DNA of 64,000 bases from positions 96,001-160,000 of the forward strand of contig JBCCHT010000018.1 in NCBI GenBank assembly GCA_039028615.1, in the 5' to 3' direction. The position numbers and the translations under genes are program-made. Source of the stretch: Myxococcota bacterium. GTDB taxonomy: Bacteria; Myxococcota_A; Polyangia; Nannocystales; Nannocystaceae. The notes beneath the pieces are model-generated. The model was not told where the DNA came from, made no database searches, and saw only the letters and a list, made by a program, of their open reading frames with translations. Shown here piece by piece: positions 9,734 to 19,530 of this stretch (positions within the stretch are counted from its first letter, which is position 1; each line of letters opens with the position of its first letter).

Positions 9734-9924
9734 GGCTAGGGGGAAACCTGGTGTGAAGTTCAATACCGCCCTCCCTTGCATCCAGCTCAACGTTCGGGCC
9801 GAACCGATTGAATTAGGGCGAGAAGGCTCGAATTCGATCGGTTCGGGCGCCGGCGACATTCGCGATCGACGGAAGAGATCGTCGGGCCGGTCCGGCCGTT
9901 GGCAGGGCAAGACGCCACCTTGCC

Positions 9925-10704
9925 ATGTCGAACACGCATACCGCGCCAACCTACTGGGGGGGCCCGACCGTGGGTCCGACCCCGAACTGGGCGGACTCCG
10001 CTCTCGCCGTCGTCCGAGGAACGGCGGCCTCTCCCCGCTGTCTAGCTCACGTGATGCGCACTCCAGAACAGGACGAAGCTCGCAGCGACGAGTCCCTCAT
10101 GGAGGCGTTTCGCCTCGGCGATGCCGACGCCTTCGAGGTGCTCGTCACACGCCATAGCCGCGGGCTGTACAACTTCTTGCTGCGGAGCGTCCATTCGCCT
10201 GCCCGCGCCGAGGAGCTGCTGCAGGACGTGTTGTTCCGAGTGATCCGCTCCAAGGACCGCTACATGCGTTCGGCCCGGTTCACCACCTGGGTCTATACGA
10301 TTGCGCGTAACCTGTGCGTGGACGAAAGCCGTCGCGCCCGGTTCCGCGATCACGAGTCGCTCGATGCGCCGCTGCGCGGCCGCAAGGCGCACGAGAGTTC
10401 TTCGAACATGCTGTCGACCTTGGCCAGCACCACCCCTTCGCCCGACCTGGGCGCGGACAGCCCTCGCCTGCGGGAGCGGCTCAACCGCGCCGTGCATCGG
10501 CTGCCGGTCGATCAGCGCGAGGTCTTTGTGATGCGGCTGATGGCGGGTATGTCCTTCCGAGAGATCGGCGAGACGGTGGGCGCCCCCGAAAATACGGTGA
10601 AGAGCCGCATGCGTTATGCGCTCGACAAGCTCCGCGACGAGCTGGCCGACCTGCGTCACGCGGTATGCTCGGTAGTGTCCGAGGAAAGCCTCGCCCATGG
10701 CTGA
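9925..10704 (+). CDS. ECF RNA polymerase sigma factor (true start may be ~10051/10054)
   Basis: GDADAFEVLV, AEELLQD, FTTWVYTIARN, EIGETVGAPENTVKSRMRYA. Confidence 0.92.
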   Translation: MSNTHTAPTYWGGPTVGPTPNWADSALAVVRGTAASPRCLAHVMRTPEQDEARSDESLMEAFRLGDADAFEVLVTRHSRGLYNFLLRSVHSPARAEELLQDVLFRVIRSKDRYMRSARFTTWVYTIARNLCVDESRRARFRDHESLDAPLRGRKAHESSSNMLSTLASTTPSPDLGADSPRLRERLNRAVHRLPVDQREVFVMRLMAGMSFREIGETVGAPENTVKSRMRYALDKLRDELADLRHAVCSVVSEESLAHG

Positions 10705-11806
10705 GTGGAGTCCCGCGCAGCTCGATCGCCTCGAGGATGCCCTCGAGGAACTCGAGCAGGAGGGTGGCCTCGAGCGTTGGCTCGAGGACGAGCCCGGCGT
10801 GGGCGATCCTCTGCGGGAGCGGCTGACGGACTATCGCGACATCCTGGTGGCCAGCCGCGAGGCGCTGCCCATGGAAGAGGTGCCGTCGGGCTTGCTCGAT
10901 GGAGTGTTCGAAGAGGCGCGACGCGCCGCGGCCACGCCCGCGGTGGCGGCGGCCAAGGAACCCTGGTGGCGGCGCCTGCGACGGAGCTTCTTGGTGCCCA
11001 CCGTGGCCCTAGCCGGCACGGCGGCGCTGGTGTTTTGGATCGGTCGCCCCGAGAGCCAGCCCACGAGCGCGGACATGCCTTCACCCGAGTCGGCCGAGGC
11101 CGCCGCGGCGCAGCCCGTCGAGCGAGCCGAGAAGACGCGCAAGCGAGGCGATCGGGCGGTCGCACCCGCCGATGCCGAAGGCGACGCCGAGCAGAGCCTC
11201 GAAGAAGAAGAGCAGGCCAAGGCCGAAGCCGAGCCGGACGAGCCGCCGCCGCCGCCCGCCGCCGTTCCGCAGTCGGCCGCGCCCACCCGCGCCCAGACCT
11301 ACGACGAAGGCGAGCTCGGGGTGAAGATCGACGGCAAGCTCGACGACGCCAAGGGAGCCGACACCGACAAGACGGGCAAGGTCCTCGGCGGCGTGCCGAC
11401 GGAGCCCGAGGTCGTGCCCGGCTCGGGCTCGGCGGGTCGCTGGGACTTGATCACTGCGGGCGATCAGGCGCGGCAGGCCGGCGACTGCGTGGGCGCGCGG
11501 CAGAGCTACGCGGTCGCGCTCGAGGACGATGAAGCCGCCGTACGGGCGCGGGCCTACGCGGGCATGGGCCTATGCGATGCCCAGCAGGGCAACTCCGCCG
11601 CCGCCGATTCGAACTACGAGCGGGCGCGGGAGCTCGACGGTGCATCCATCGACGACTTCCTCGACTCGCAGCGCGATCACGGTCCGCCCAAGACGAGTCG
11701 GCCCAAGCGCAGCAAGAAGAAGAAGGCCAAGCCTCGCTCGAAGTCGAGTTCGTCCAAGACGAACAAGGCGATCAACATGGACCAGATGAGCGACCCCTTC
11801 GGCTGA
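10697..11806 (+). CDS. Putative anti-sigma factor (TM helix plus C-terminal TPR-like region)
   Basis: Overlaps the sigma gene stop; N-terminal helical domain, WWRR then a TM segment, low-complexity linker, TPR-like helices. Confidence 0.7.
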   Translation: MAEWSPAQLDRLEDALEELEQEGGLERWLEDEPGVGDPLRERLTDYRDILVASREALPMEEVPSGLLDGVFEEARRAAATPAVAAAKEPWWRRLRRSFLVPTVALAGTAALVFWIGRPESQPTSADMPSPESAEAAAAQPVERAEKTRKRGDRAVAPADAEGDAEQSLEEEEQAKAEAEPDEPPPPPAAVPQSAAPTRAQTYDEGELGVKIDGKLDDAKGADTDKTGKVLGGVPTEPEVVPGSGSAGRWDLITAGDQARQAGDCVGARQSYAVALEDDEAAVRARAYAGMGLCDAQQGNSAAADSNYERARELDGASIDDFLDSQRDHGPPKTSRPKRSKKKKAKPRSKSSSSKTNKAINMDQMSDPFG

Positions 11807-11818
11807 GTCAGCCGCGGG

Positions 11819-12829
11819 TCACAGCCACTGGTCGAAGCACGTCGCCATGTGTCGAGCCCCGCGTCGGCTCGTCATGATGGTGAAGTGATTGCGTCGCGGC
11901 ACGATCAGCGACTCGCAGGGACCGTGGAACTGCGCGGCCAGGCGCACCGCTTCGCTGGGCGGCGCAATGGCATCCCAGGCGCCGTTGACCAGGGCCACGG
12001 GGAGCTTCGACAGTCGCGCCGCGCAGCGTAGAGGACCCAGCTCGTCGATGGCCTCCTGGATGATCGGCTCGGTGACGCGGTCGAACAGATCGATCTCGCG
12101 GGCACCCAATGACGACGGCACCTCGGGCAGCCGGATGCGGGCTCGCAGCGAGCGGAGCAGGGCATGCGGCGGCACCTGGGCCCAGCCTTCGAGGGCTTCG
12201 GGGTTGAGGGTGGAGACGAACTCGCGCAGACGGGCGCGGCCGTTCATCGACACGGTGACCGGGGTCGAGACCAGGCCGATCGCCCTGGCGAGGCCGGTGT
12301 CGGCGGCGGCTCGCAGGGCACACGAGCCGCCGAGGCTCACGCCCATCACCCCGAGGCGATCGGGCAGCACCTCGGGTCGATCGGCGAGCCAATTGAACGC
12401 CGCGGTGGCCGTGTGGGCGAGGCCGGTGCCGCTGAGCGGGAAGGGGTGTCGCCCGTGGCCATCGAGGTCGACGTGCAGCACGCCGATCTCTCGCTCGAGC
12501 AAGGCCTCGATGAAGAACAGGTAGGCCAGCGGCATCCATGCCGAGGTGCCGTGCATCAGCAGCACGCAGGGGCGTGGCTCGGGCGTGGCGGGCAGGTACA
12601 GGATGCCGGGGGTGTGGGCATCGGCGACGGGAATGTCGACCTCGTGCGCTCGAATGCCCGGCAGACGCGCGGCGAGCTTGGGCGTGGCGTCGACCGCGGT
12701 GGGCAGCGCGGTTACGGTGCGGAGGACCAGCCGAATCGAGGCGGTAATCAGGGAGCGGGGCGCGTAGCGTCGCGGAGCGAGCGAGGTCGTGGGCTCGGGC
12801 ATGATGAGCGGACGGGCCCCACGATACAC
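11819..12829 (-). CDS. Alpha/beta hydrolase
   Basis: LMHG, DLDGHG, GVSLGG, GAWD, NH catalytic motifs. Confidence 0.85.
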   Translation of the reverse strand: MYRGARPLIMPEPTTSLAPRRYAPRSLITASIRLVLRTVTALPTAVDATPKLAARLPGIRAHEVDIPVADAHTPGILYLPATPEPRPCVLLMHGTSAWMPLAYLFFIEALLEREIGVLHVDLDGHGRHPFPLSGTGLAHTATAAFNWLADRPEVLPDRLGVMGVSLGGSCALRAAADTGLARAIGLVSTPVTVSMNGRARLREFVSTLNPEALEGWAQVPPHALLRSLRARIRLPEVPSSLGAREIDLFDRVTEPIIQEAIDELGPLRCAARLSKLPVALVNGAWDAIAPPSEAVRLAAQFHGPCESLIVPRRNHFTIMTSRRGARHMATCFDQWL

Positions 12830-12940
12830 GAGCGCGCCCTATTGAACCTTCGGCGCGTCGATCGGGGATGGTCGCGCTCGGCGCTTTGTTCTATTTTACG
12901 CCCCTCTTCACGTTCCCAACCTGCGGGGGTTCTGAAAACA

Positions 12941-14785
12941 ATGTCCGATAAAACCCTGGGCCAGATGGTGCTCGAGCGCATCGCCAGCAGCCCCAACGAT
13001 CCCGCCGTCCGTGCTCGTCGGGAGCCGGGCGGGCCCTACCAAGATACCAGCTGGAAGCAGCTGGGCGATCGCATGGAGAAGATCGCGGCCGGCCTCCTCA
13101 CGGCAATGCCGGAGCCGCTCGCCGACGATTGCCACATCGCGATCCTCGGCAACTCCAGCGAGGACTGGATCGCCTGCGACTTTGCCTGCCTGGCCATCGG
13201 CCTGCGCACCGTGCCCGTGTACGCGACCCTGCTCGTCGACGAGGTGGGCTACGTGCACGTGGACACCAGCTGCGTCGTTTCCATCGTCGACAACGCCGCG
13301 CAGCTCGAGAAGATCCGCGAGATTCGCAACGGCTTCACCTTCTTCGAAAAGGAGTACGGCGCCGACCAGGTGCTGGTGAAGCACATCGTGGTCATCGATC
13401 CCACCGGGCTCGAGCCGGCCGACGACTGGGAGAGCCTGGCCGACCTCGAAAAGCGTGGCGCCGAGAAGCTCGAGGAGACCAAGGCCGACCGCGAGCGTCG
13501 GGCCTCGGCCGTCAAACGCCCGGACACGGCGACCTACACCTATACGTCGGGCACCACGGGGCCGCCCAAGGCGGTGATCCAGACCCATCACAATCACATG
13601 TCGATGGTCGAGAACATCGAGGCCACCGGCATCCTGACCAACGCGGTCGCCGACGGGGGCTTGTTCCTGTTCTTGCCGCTCGCTCACAGCTTCGGGCGAC
13701 TCATCGAGATCTCCGGGCCCTACTACGGGGCGCCGATCGTGATCGCCGAGATCCCCACGCTGGGCGACGACCTTCGCGACACCCGGCCCGGCTTCATTCC
13801 TGCTGCGCCGCGTGTGTACGAGAAGATGAAGTCACGCGTGGAGACGCTGGTGGCGGGGGCGCCTCCGCTGCGCCAGAAGCTGTTCCACGCCGCGATCAAT
13901 GCGGGCAAGGCCACGATCCCGTATCGCGCGGTGGGCAAGCCGCTGCCCTTTTTCACCAACCTGAAGTTCAGGCTCGCCGATAAGGTCGTGCTGTCGAAGC
14001 TGCGAGCGCGGCTGGGCATGGACCGGGCGCACACGCTGCTTTCGGGTTCGGCTCCGCTGTCGGTGCCCGTGCACGAGTTCTTCTTGGCGATCGGGCTGAG
14101 CTTGCTCGAGGCGTATGGGCTCACCGAGACGTGCCCGGGCCTCACCACCAACCTGCCGGATCGCTTCAAGCTCGGCACGGTGGGGCGGGCGTTCCCGGGG
14201 GTGCAGATCAAGATCGCCGAGGACGGGGAGATCCTGGCCAAGGGGGCGAACATCACCAGCGGCTATCTCAATCGGCCGGATGCGACGGGCGATGCGTTCG
14301 ATGATGATGGCTGGTTCCATACGGGCGACCTCGGCTCGATGGATGGGGACGGGTTCGTCAAGATCACTGGGCGCAAGAAAGAGCTGATGAAGACGTCGGG
14401 CGGCAAGTACATTGCGCCGGCGAAGCTCGAGGGGCGGCTGAAGTTGCTGCCGCTGATCCAAGAGGTCGTCACGGTGGCGGATACGCGGAACTATGTGACG
14501 GCGTTGGTGGCGATCGACCCGGAGGAGCTCAAGGAGTGGTCGGAGCAGACGGGGAATCCGAACGACATGCAGAGCAAGGCGCTCAATGATGCGGTGCAGA
14601 AGCATGTGGATGAGGTGAACTCGAGTCTCGCGAAGTTTGAGACGATCAAGTACTTTACTTTGATTCCGCCGTTGACGGTGGAGGATGGGTTTCTTACGGC
14701 TTCGTTGAAGGTGAAGCGGAAGGTCGTGTACGAGCGGCACGAGGAGGAGATTGACGCGATGTATAAGAAGACCAAGGCGTCCTGA
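12941..14785 (+). CDS. Long-chain fatty acid--CoA ligase (AMP-binding)
   Basis: YTSGTTGPPK, YGLTET, GWFHTGDLG, GRKKELMKTSGGKYIAP. Confidence 0.93.
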   Translation: MSDKTLGQMVLERIASSPNDPAVRARREPGGPYQDTSWKQLGDRMEKIAAGLLTAMPEPLADDCHIAILGNSSEDWIACDFACLAIGLRTVPVYATLLVDEVGYVHVDTSCVVSIVDNAAQLEKIREIRNGFTFFEKEYGADQVLVKHIVVIDPTGLEPADDWESLADLEKRGAEKLEETKADRERRASAVKRPDTATYTYTSGTTGPPKAVIQTHHNHMSMVENIEATGILTNAVADGGLFLFLPLAHSFGRLIEISGPYYGAPIVIAEIPTLGDDLRDTRPGFIPAAPRVYEKMKSRVETLVAGAPPLRQKLFHAAINAGKATIPYRAVGKPLPFFTNLKFRLADKVVLSKLRARLGMDRAHTLLSGSAPLSVPVHEFFLAIGLSLLEAYGLTETCPGLTTNLPDRFKLGTVGRAFPGVQIKIAEDGEILAKGANITSGYLNRPDATGDAFDDDGWFHTGDLGSMDGDGFVKITGRKKELMKTSGGKYIAPAKLEGRLKLLPLIQEVVTVADTRNYVTALVAIDPEELKEWSEQTGNPNDMQSKALNDAVQKHVDEVNSSLAKFETIKYFTLIPPLTVEDGFLTASLKVKRKVVYERHEEEIDAMYKKTKAS

Positions 14786-14886
14786 GGGGCGGGTCTTTTC
14801 GCGGGATTCGGGCGGGGTTGGCGGGAGCTGGCCTCGCTCGAGTTGATTTTGGGGGTGGGTTTTTTGGCGCTTTGCGGACGGGTGGG

Positions 14887-15550
14887 TGCTTGGAGGGGGG
14901 TCGAGTTGGTTCGAGCGGAGGGCTCGCCTGTTGACGGCTGGAACCCTCCCCGGACGTGCTCGGCGGCCGTGGTAGCAGGGTGTTTCGCGAAGGCTGTACG
15001 GGGCCGCCTCCGCGCGACCGGGCCCCCTCCATCCTACGCGGCTTCGCTTCAGCCCTCCCCGCACTCGGTCTCGCGTTCGGAAAGTGGTGTGGGTCCTGCC
15101 CGATCGTAGGCAGATCCTCGAACGGGCGAGGGAGGGTTTAGCCTTCTGCGTACTTGGTCTCGAGTTCGAAGGGCGGTGTGGGTCTTGCTCGGTCGCAAGT
15201 AGACTTGCTTTGCGGTTGCTCGGTGGTGGTTGGGCGAAGGGGGCTTGCTTGGAGGGCGTTGTGGTTGGTTCGAGCGGAGGGCTCGCCTGTTGATGGCTGG
15301 AACCCTCCCCGGACGTGCTCGGCGGCCGTGGTAGCGGGGTGTTTCTCGGAGGCTGTACGGGGCCGCCTCCGCGCGACCGGGCCCCCTCCATCCTACGCGG
15401 CGTCGCTTCAGCCCTCCCCGCACTCGGTCTCCCGTTCGGAAAGTGGTGTGGGTCCTGCCCGATTGTAGGCAGATCCTCGAATGGGCAAGGGAGGGTTCAG
15501 CCTGCGCGTACTTGGTCTTCTGTTCGGATGGTGGTGTGGGTCCTGCCCGA
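14887..15550. repeat. Direct duplication of ~300 bp with a 359-bp offset
   Basis: ~14887-15190 is nearly identical to ~15246-15550. Confidence 0.9.
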
Positions 15551-15700
15551 TTGTAGGCAGATCCTCGAATGGGCAAGGGAGGGTTCAGTCTGCGCGTACT
15601 TGGTCTTCTGTTCGGATGGTGGTGTGGGTCCTGCCCGATCGTGGGCAGGCTTCTGAACGGGCAGGGGGTTCAGCCATCGCGCACTCGGTCTCAATTGGAG
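15084..15700. repeat. 88-bp REP-like repeat units
   Basis: GTGGTGTGGGTCCTGCCCGAT at 15084, 15443, 15531, 15619 (degenerate copy ~15173); each carries a CTGCC..GGCAG hairpin. Confidence 0.85.
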
Positions 15701-15780
15701 CGGGGGGGGGGTGGGTTGTGCCTGATTGTGGGGGGTTCCCGAGTGGGCGCGGGTTGGTGTCGCTATGTCGACGAGGGCGT

Positions 15781-16425
15781 TTAGAAGAGGGAGAGGTTGG
15801 GTTGTTTGGTGGCGCCCCAGCTGCGGCGGGCTTCGGGGGGGAGGGTGCCGTAGCGTTGTTGGTAGGCGGAGAGGAAGGTCTTGGTGGCGGGGTTGAGGTA
15901 GCCGCCGCCTTTGATGGGGCCGAACTCTTGGGTGTAGCGGGTGGCGATGACGTGGAAGGCTCGGTCGCGGGCGTCTTTGGCGATGATGGAGGCGGCGGCT
16001 ACGGCGAGGTGGGCGGACTCGCCGTCGTTGAGGGCTTGGAGGTTGGGGTAGTGGGCGCGGAGGGGGGCGAACATGGTGGCGCCGTCGCAGATGATGCGGG
16101 CGTGGCGGGGGGCCTTTAGGGCGTCGAGGAGCTCGAGGACGACGCGGCGTTCTAGGGCGTTGAGGAGGCCGCGGTAGGTGTAGTGGTCGATCTCTTCGAC
16201 TTCGACGGTGCGGAGGCGGTGGTGGGGGACGATGGTGATGATCTGGGCGGCGAGGTCTTGGCGACGTTGGCGGGCTTCGTTGCCGCTGCCGAAGCGCTTG
16301 GAGTCGGCGACGCCGAGTTTGGCGAGGGCCTTTTCGGCGGGTTTGTCGACGGCGACGACGGCGATGGTCATGGGGCCGAGGATGGGGCCGCGGCCGGCTT
16401 CGTCGGCACCGAAGACGAGGGTCAC
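15781..16425 (-). CDS. rnhB: Ribonuclease HII
   Basis: GADEAGRGPILGP, DSK, AAASIIAK, GGGY; GTG start overlaps the upstream stop (GTGA). Confidence 0.92.
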   Translation of the reverse strand: MTLVFGADEAGRGPILGPMTIAVVAVDKPAEKALAKLGVADSKRFGSGNEARQRRQDLAAQIITIVPHHRLRTVEVEEIDHYTYRGLLNALERRVVLELLDALKAPRHARIICDGATMFAPLRAHYPNLQALNDGESAHLAVAAASIIAKDARDRAFHVIATRYTQEFGPIKGGGYLNPATKTFLSAYQQRYGTLPPEARRSWGATKQPNLSLF

Positions 16426-19424
16426 TGGGTGGCCTCGTGCTCGGCGTCGGCGGCTTCGATCAGGGCATCGATGGCGGTGAGGACGGCGCTTCGCAGGCGC
16501 AGGGCCTCGGCCCGAGGGGCACTGCTGGCGGCGCGATCGAGGCGGGCGCGGGCTTGCTCGACGGCGCGGGTGAGCTGGCGGGCGCGCTGGGCCCAGGCGC
16601 GGGCGACGGGGCGCAAGGCTTCGCGGAAGGCGGAGCGCATGGAGGCTTCGCCGCCGCCGATCTTGGAGCCGTGCTCGCGCAGCAAGGCGGGGAGGAAGCC
16701 GGCGTGCAGGAGGCCCTCGACGTGGCCCTGGGCCCAGGGGACGAGCTGCTGGTCGAGGACGTGGGCGGCAGCGGGGTCTTCGTGTCCGAGCGGGGCCAAG
16801 GCGCGGCGCAGGGCGGTCATGCTGCCCTCGCGGAAGGCGGCGGCGAGGTAGTCGGCGTCTTGCGGATCGAGGGGGCCCTTGGCGAGGCCTTTGCCCGCGA
16901 CGAGCACGCCGAGGCTGAGGCCTTCGCGGGTGAGCTGGTCGTCGACGCCGAGCAGTTCTTGCTCGATGGAATCGCCGAAACGCAGCAGCAGGGGATGGGC
17001 GGCGACTCGCTCGCCGCGGATGCCCTCGAGGGCGGCGTCGGCTTGCTCTTCGAGGGCTTTGACGGCGACGGTGACAGACTCGCGAGCGGCTCGCAGGGCC
17101 TCGCTGAGCCGACGGGCGGTGAGGCTGCGCTTGAGCTCGCGGGCGCGCTGAAGGAAGTGGCGCTCGAGCGCTTTTTCGACGTCTTCGAAGGGGTCGGGGC
17201 CCTTGCTCTCGCCGCTGCGGTGCTCGAGGGCATCGCGGGCACACAGGGGCACGACCTCCACGAGGACCTCGCCGAGTTGTTGACGCAGGTAGTCGGCCAG
17301 CTCGGTCTTCTCGTCGTCTTCGAGGGTGTCGACTTTGTTGAGCACGCCGAGTACTTGGCGTCCGCCCGCGCGGAGGCTGGCGAGCATGCCGGCCTCGGTG
17401 GCGGCACCGCTGCGGGTGGCGGAGAAGATCCACACCACGGCGTCGGCCTCGTCGAGGAACTCGCGGGCGACCTGCTCGTGGAAGGCGTCGAGGGCGTTGA
17501 GGCCGGGAGTGTCGACGACGGCGGCTTCGCCCACGCGACCGCCCGTGCGCTCGATCTCCACGTGGCGGATGCGAGCGGCGGCGGCATCGTCGAGGCCGTG
17601 CAGGAAGGACTCGACGTCTTCGGCGGGCAGGGTGGCGATGCGACCGTCGCGGTAGTGCACCTGGGCGCCGCTGGGGCCCCGACGAAACACGTTGATCGTG
17701 CTGGTGGTGGGCAGCACGCCCATGGGCGCGACGGCCTGGCCGAGCAGGGCGTTGACGAAGGTGCTCTTGCCCGCCGAAAACTCGCCCATGATCGCGATGG
17801 TCAGCGGTCGGGCGAGGCGCTCGCGGGCGGCGACGACCTGGGCCATGGCGGTCTGTACCCCGGCCAGCGAGACCCCGAGGATTCGATTGGGTACACCCGC
17901 GAGCAGGGTGGTGGCGGAGCCGAGGCGATCTTCGAGCCGGGCCGCCTCGCCGCTCTGCGACAGGGCGGCGAGCAAGGTGCGGGCGCGCGGCAAGGTGGGC
18001 GACTCGATCAACGCTTCGACGAGCAGGTCTTGCGCGAGCTCGTCTTGCTTCTCGAGCTGACAGCGCTCGGCTGCGGCCAGGGCACGCTGGCTGGCGAGCA
18101 CGGTGCCGCGGGCATCGGGGTCGCGCACGGGGCTGGCGGGATCGGGGCCCGCGGGGCCGCCGAGATCGGGGTCGGCCCGGAAGCGCGGGGGCATGCCGGG
18201 CTGGAAGTCTTCGGTGGAGGGCTCGCCGCCCGCGATGCGGTGCCGCGCGCGGACGAGTCGTAGCTCCTCGGGGGCGGTGCCCTCTTCGCGGCGCAGGCGA
18301 TCGAAGATGGGGTCGCGCACGGGCGGCGGAAACCAATCGAGCCGCAGCGCGACGTGGGCGAGCTCTTGGAGGTAGCGGTCGCGGACGGCTCGCGGCGCTT
18401 GTTGGGCGGCGTTGGCCAGCGCCTCGACGACTTCGCGGCGACGATCGGGTTGATCGGCTAGGTCGTGCGACTCGTCGTTGGCCAGCTCGACCAAGGCCCA
18501 GCGCCGTCGATGCTCGGGGTTGGTGGGGTCGGCCTGGAGGTGCCGCATGGCGACGGTGGACAGGTCGTCGCCGCCGTCGTCGGGCAGGCCCACGGTGAGC
18601 CCGACCATGAGCCGGGTCTCGTCGAGGGCGGGGTCGTCTCCCATGGCCTCCAGGCGCGCCTGAGCACCCACCGCATCGCCCTTGGCGGCGAGGACCCGAA
18701 TCCACAGCTCGGCCGCGAGCGCGTCGCCTTCGTCGTGCTCGAGCGCTTCTTCGACCCACCGCTCGGCCTCGGGGGCTTGGTCGGCGGCCAGCAGCAGGGT
18801 GATGCCATGGCGCAGCAACATCGCGCGCAGCGGGGCCCCCAGCTCGGGGGGCAGCTGGGTGCGAGCCTTGTGGAACTCGCGGAGGGCACGGTCCTGCTCG
18901 CCGCGCCGAAGCTGAGCCACGCCGCCGAGCAGGTGCAGCATGAGCCGAGTCTCGTGGGCGTCGGTCTTGGGGATGTCGGCCAGGCCGCGGGTGGCCCGTC
19001 GCAAGGCATCCAGCGCGGGCTCGGGGCGGTCTTCGTACAGGTCGTGCGCGCCCTGCAGCAGGTTGCGCGGGGTAGAGCCGAGGGCGTCGTCGCCCAGCGC
19101 GGCGATGACATCGGCGAGCGGCCGCAGCGGTCGACCGCCCATGATCAAGTCGTGCACGAAGGTCAGGCCCAGGGCGTAGCGCAGGTGCGGCTGACCGGGG
19201 TGGGCTTCGACCAGCGAACGCAGCGTGCTGCGAGCGGCCGACAGCTCGCCCGCCAGGCGCTGGGTCCGGGCGGTGGCCAGCGGCTCGCGCAGCTCCTCGG
19301 GCACGGTGGGTGTGCCCGAGACCTCGGCCACCAGCTCACCCACGCGGCGGGCCCAGCCGCCCAGTGCATCGCCTACGGAACGTAGCCGTGCTCCCGGTTT
19401 GCCCTGCTCCTGCTCGTCGCTCAT
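16422..19424 (-). CDS. Bacterial dynamin-like GTPase with long N-terminal TPR-like region
   Basis: G1 GEFSAGKS, G2 PTT, G3 DTPG, G4 NKVD. Confidence 0.85.
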   Translation of the reverse strand: MSDEQEQGKPGARLRSVGDALGGWARRVGELVAEVSGTPTVPEELREPLATARTQRLAGELSAARSTLRSLVEAHPGQPHLRYALGLTFVHDLIMGGRPLRPLADVIAALGDDALGSTPRNLLQGAHDLYEDRPEPALDALRRATRGLADIPKTDAHETRLMLHLLGGVAQLRRGEQDRALREFHKARTQLPPELGAPLRAMLLRHGITLLLAADQAPEAERWVEEALEHDEGDALAAELWIRVLAAKGDAVGAQARLEAMGDDPALDETRLMVGLTVGLPDDGGDDLSTVAMRHLQADPTNPEHRRRWALVELANDESHDLADQPDRRREVVEALANAAQQAPRAVRDRYLQELAHVALRLDWFPPPVRDPIFDRLRREEGTAPEELRLVRARHRIAGGEPSTEDFQPGMPPRFRADPDLGGPAGPDPASPVRDPDARGTVLASQRALAAAERCQLEKQDELAQDLLVEALIESPTLPRARTLLAALSQSGEAARLEDRLGSATTLLAGVPNRILGVSLAGVQTAMAQVVAARERLARPLTIAIMGEFSAGKSTFVNALLGQAVAPMGVLPTTSTINVFRRGPSGAQVHYRDGRIATLPAEDVESFLHGLDDAAAARIRHVEIERTGGRVGEAAVVDTPGLNALDAFHEQVAREFLDEADAVVWIFSATRSGAATEAGMLASLRAGGRQVLGVLNKVDTLEDDEKTELADYLRQQLGEVLVEVVPLCARDALEHRSGESKGPDPFEDVEKALERHFLQRARELKRSLTARRLSEALRAARESVTVAVKALEEQADAALEGIRGERVAAHPLLLRFGDSIEQELLGVDDQLTREGLSLGVLVAGKGLAKGPLDPQDADYLAAAFREGSMTALRRALAPLGHEDPAAAHVLDQQLVPWAQGHVEGLLHAGFLPALLREHGSKIGGGEASMRSAFREALRPVARAWAQRARQLTRAVEQARARLDRAASSAPRAEALRLRSAVLTAIDALIEAADAEHEATQ

Positions 19425-19530
19425 CGGCAGGGAGCTTAGCAGCCGGGGCCGCGGGCGCAGAGGCTCCGTGCACCATGGGCCCGATCCCGCCCGGGCGGGC
19501 ACGGTCTGGGCCTGCTACCGTTGGTTTTCG

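Noticed and set aside
14843..15694. ORFs inside the repeat cluster
   Set aside because: Frames are not conserved between element copies and show no protein motifs
15084..15700. CRISPR array
   Set aside because: Whole units are nearly identical, there are no unique spacers, and no cas genes are nearby
15781..18759. 992-aa ORF as one protein
   Set aside because: Only the last 214 aa are RNase HII; the rest is an off-frame shadow of the dynamin gene
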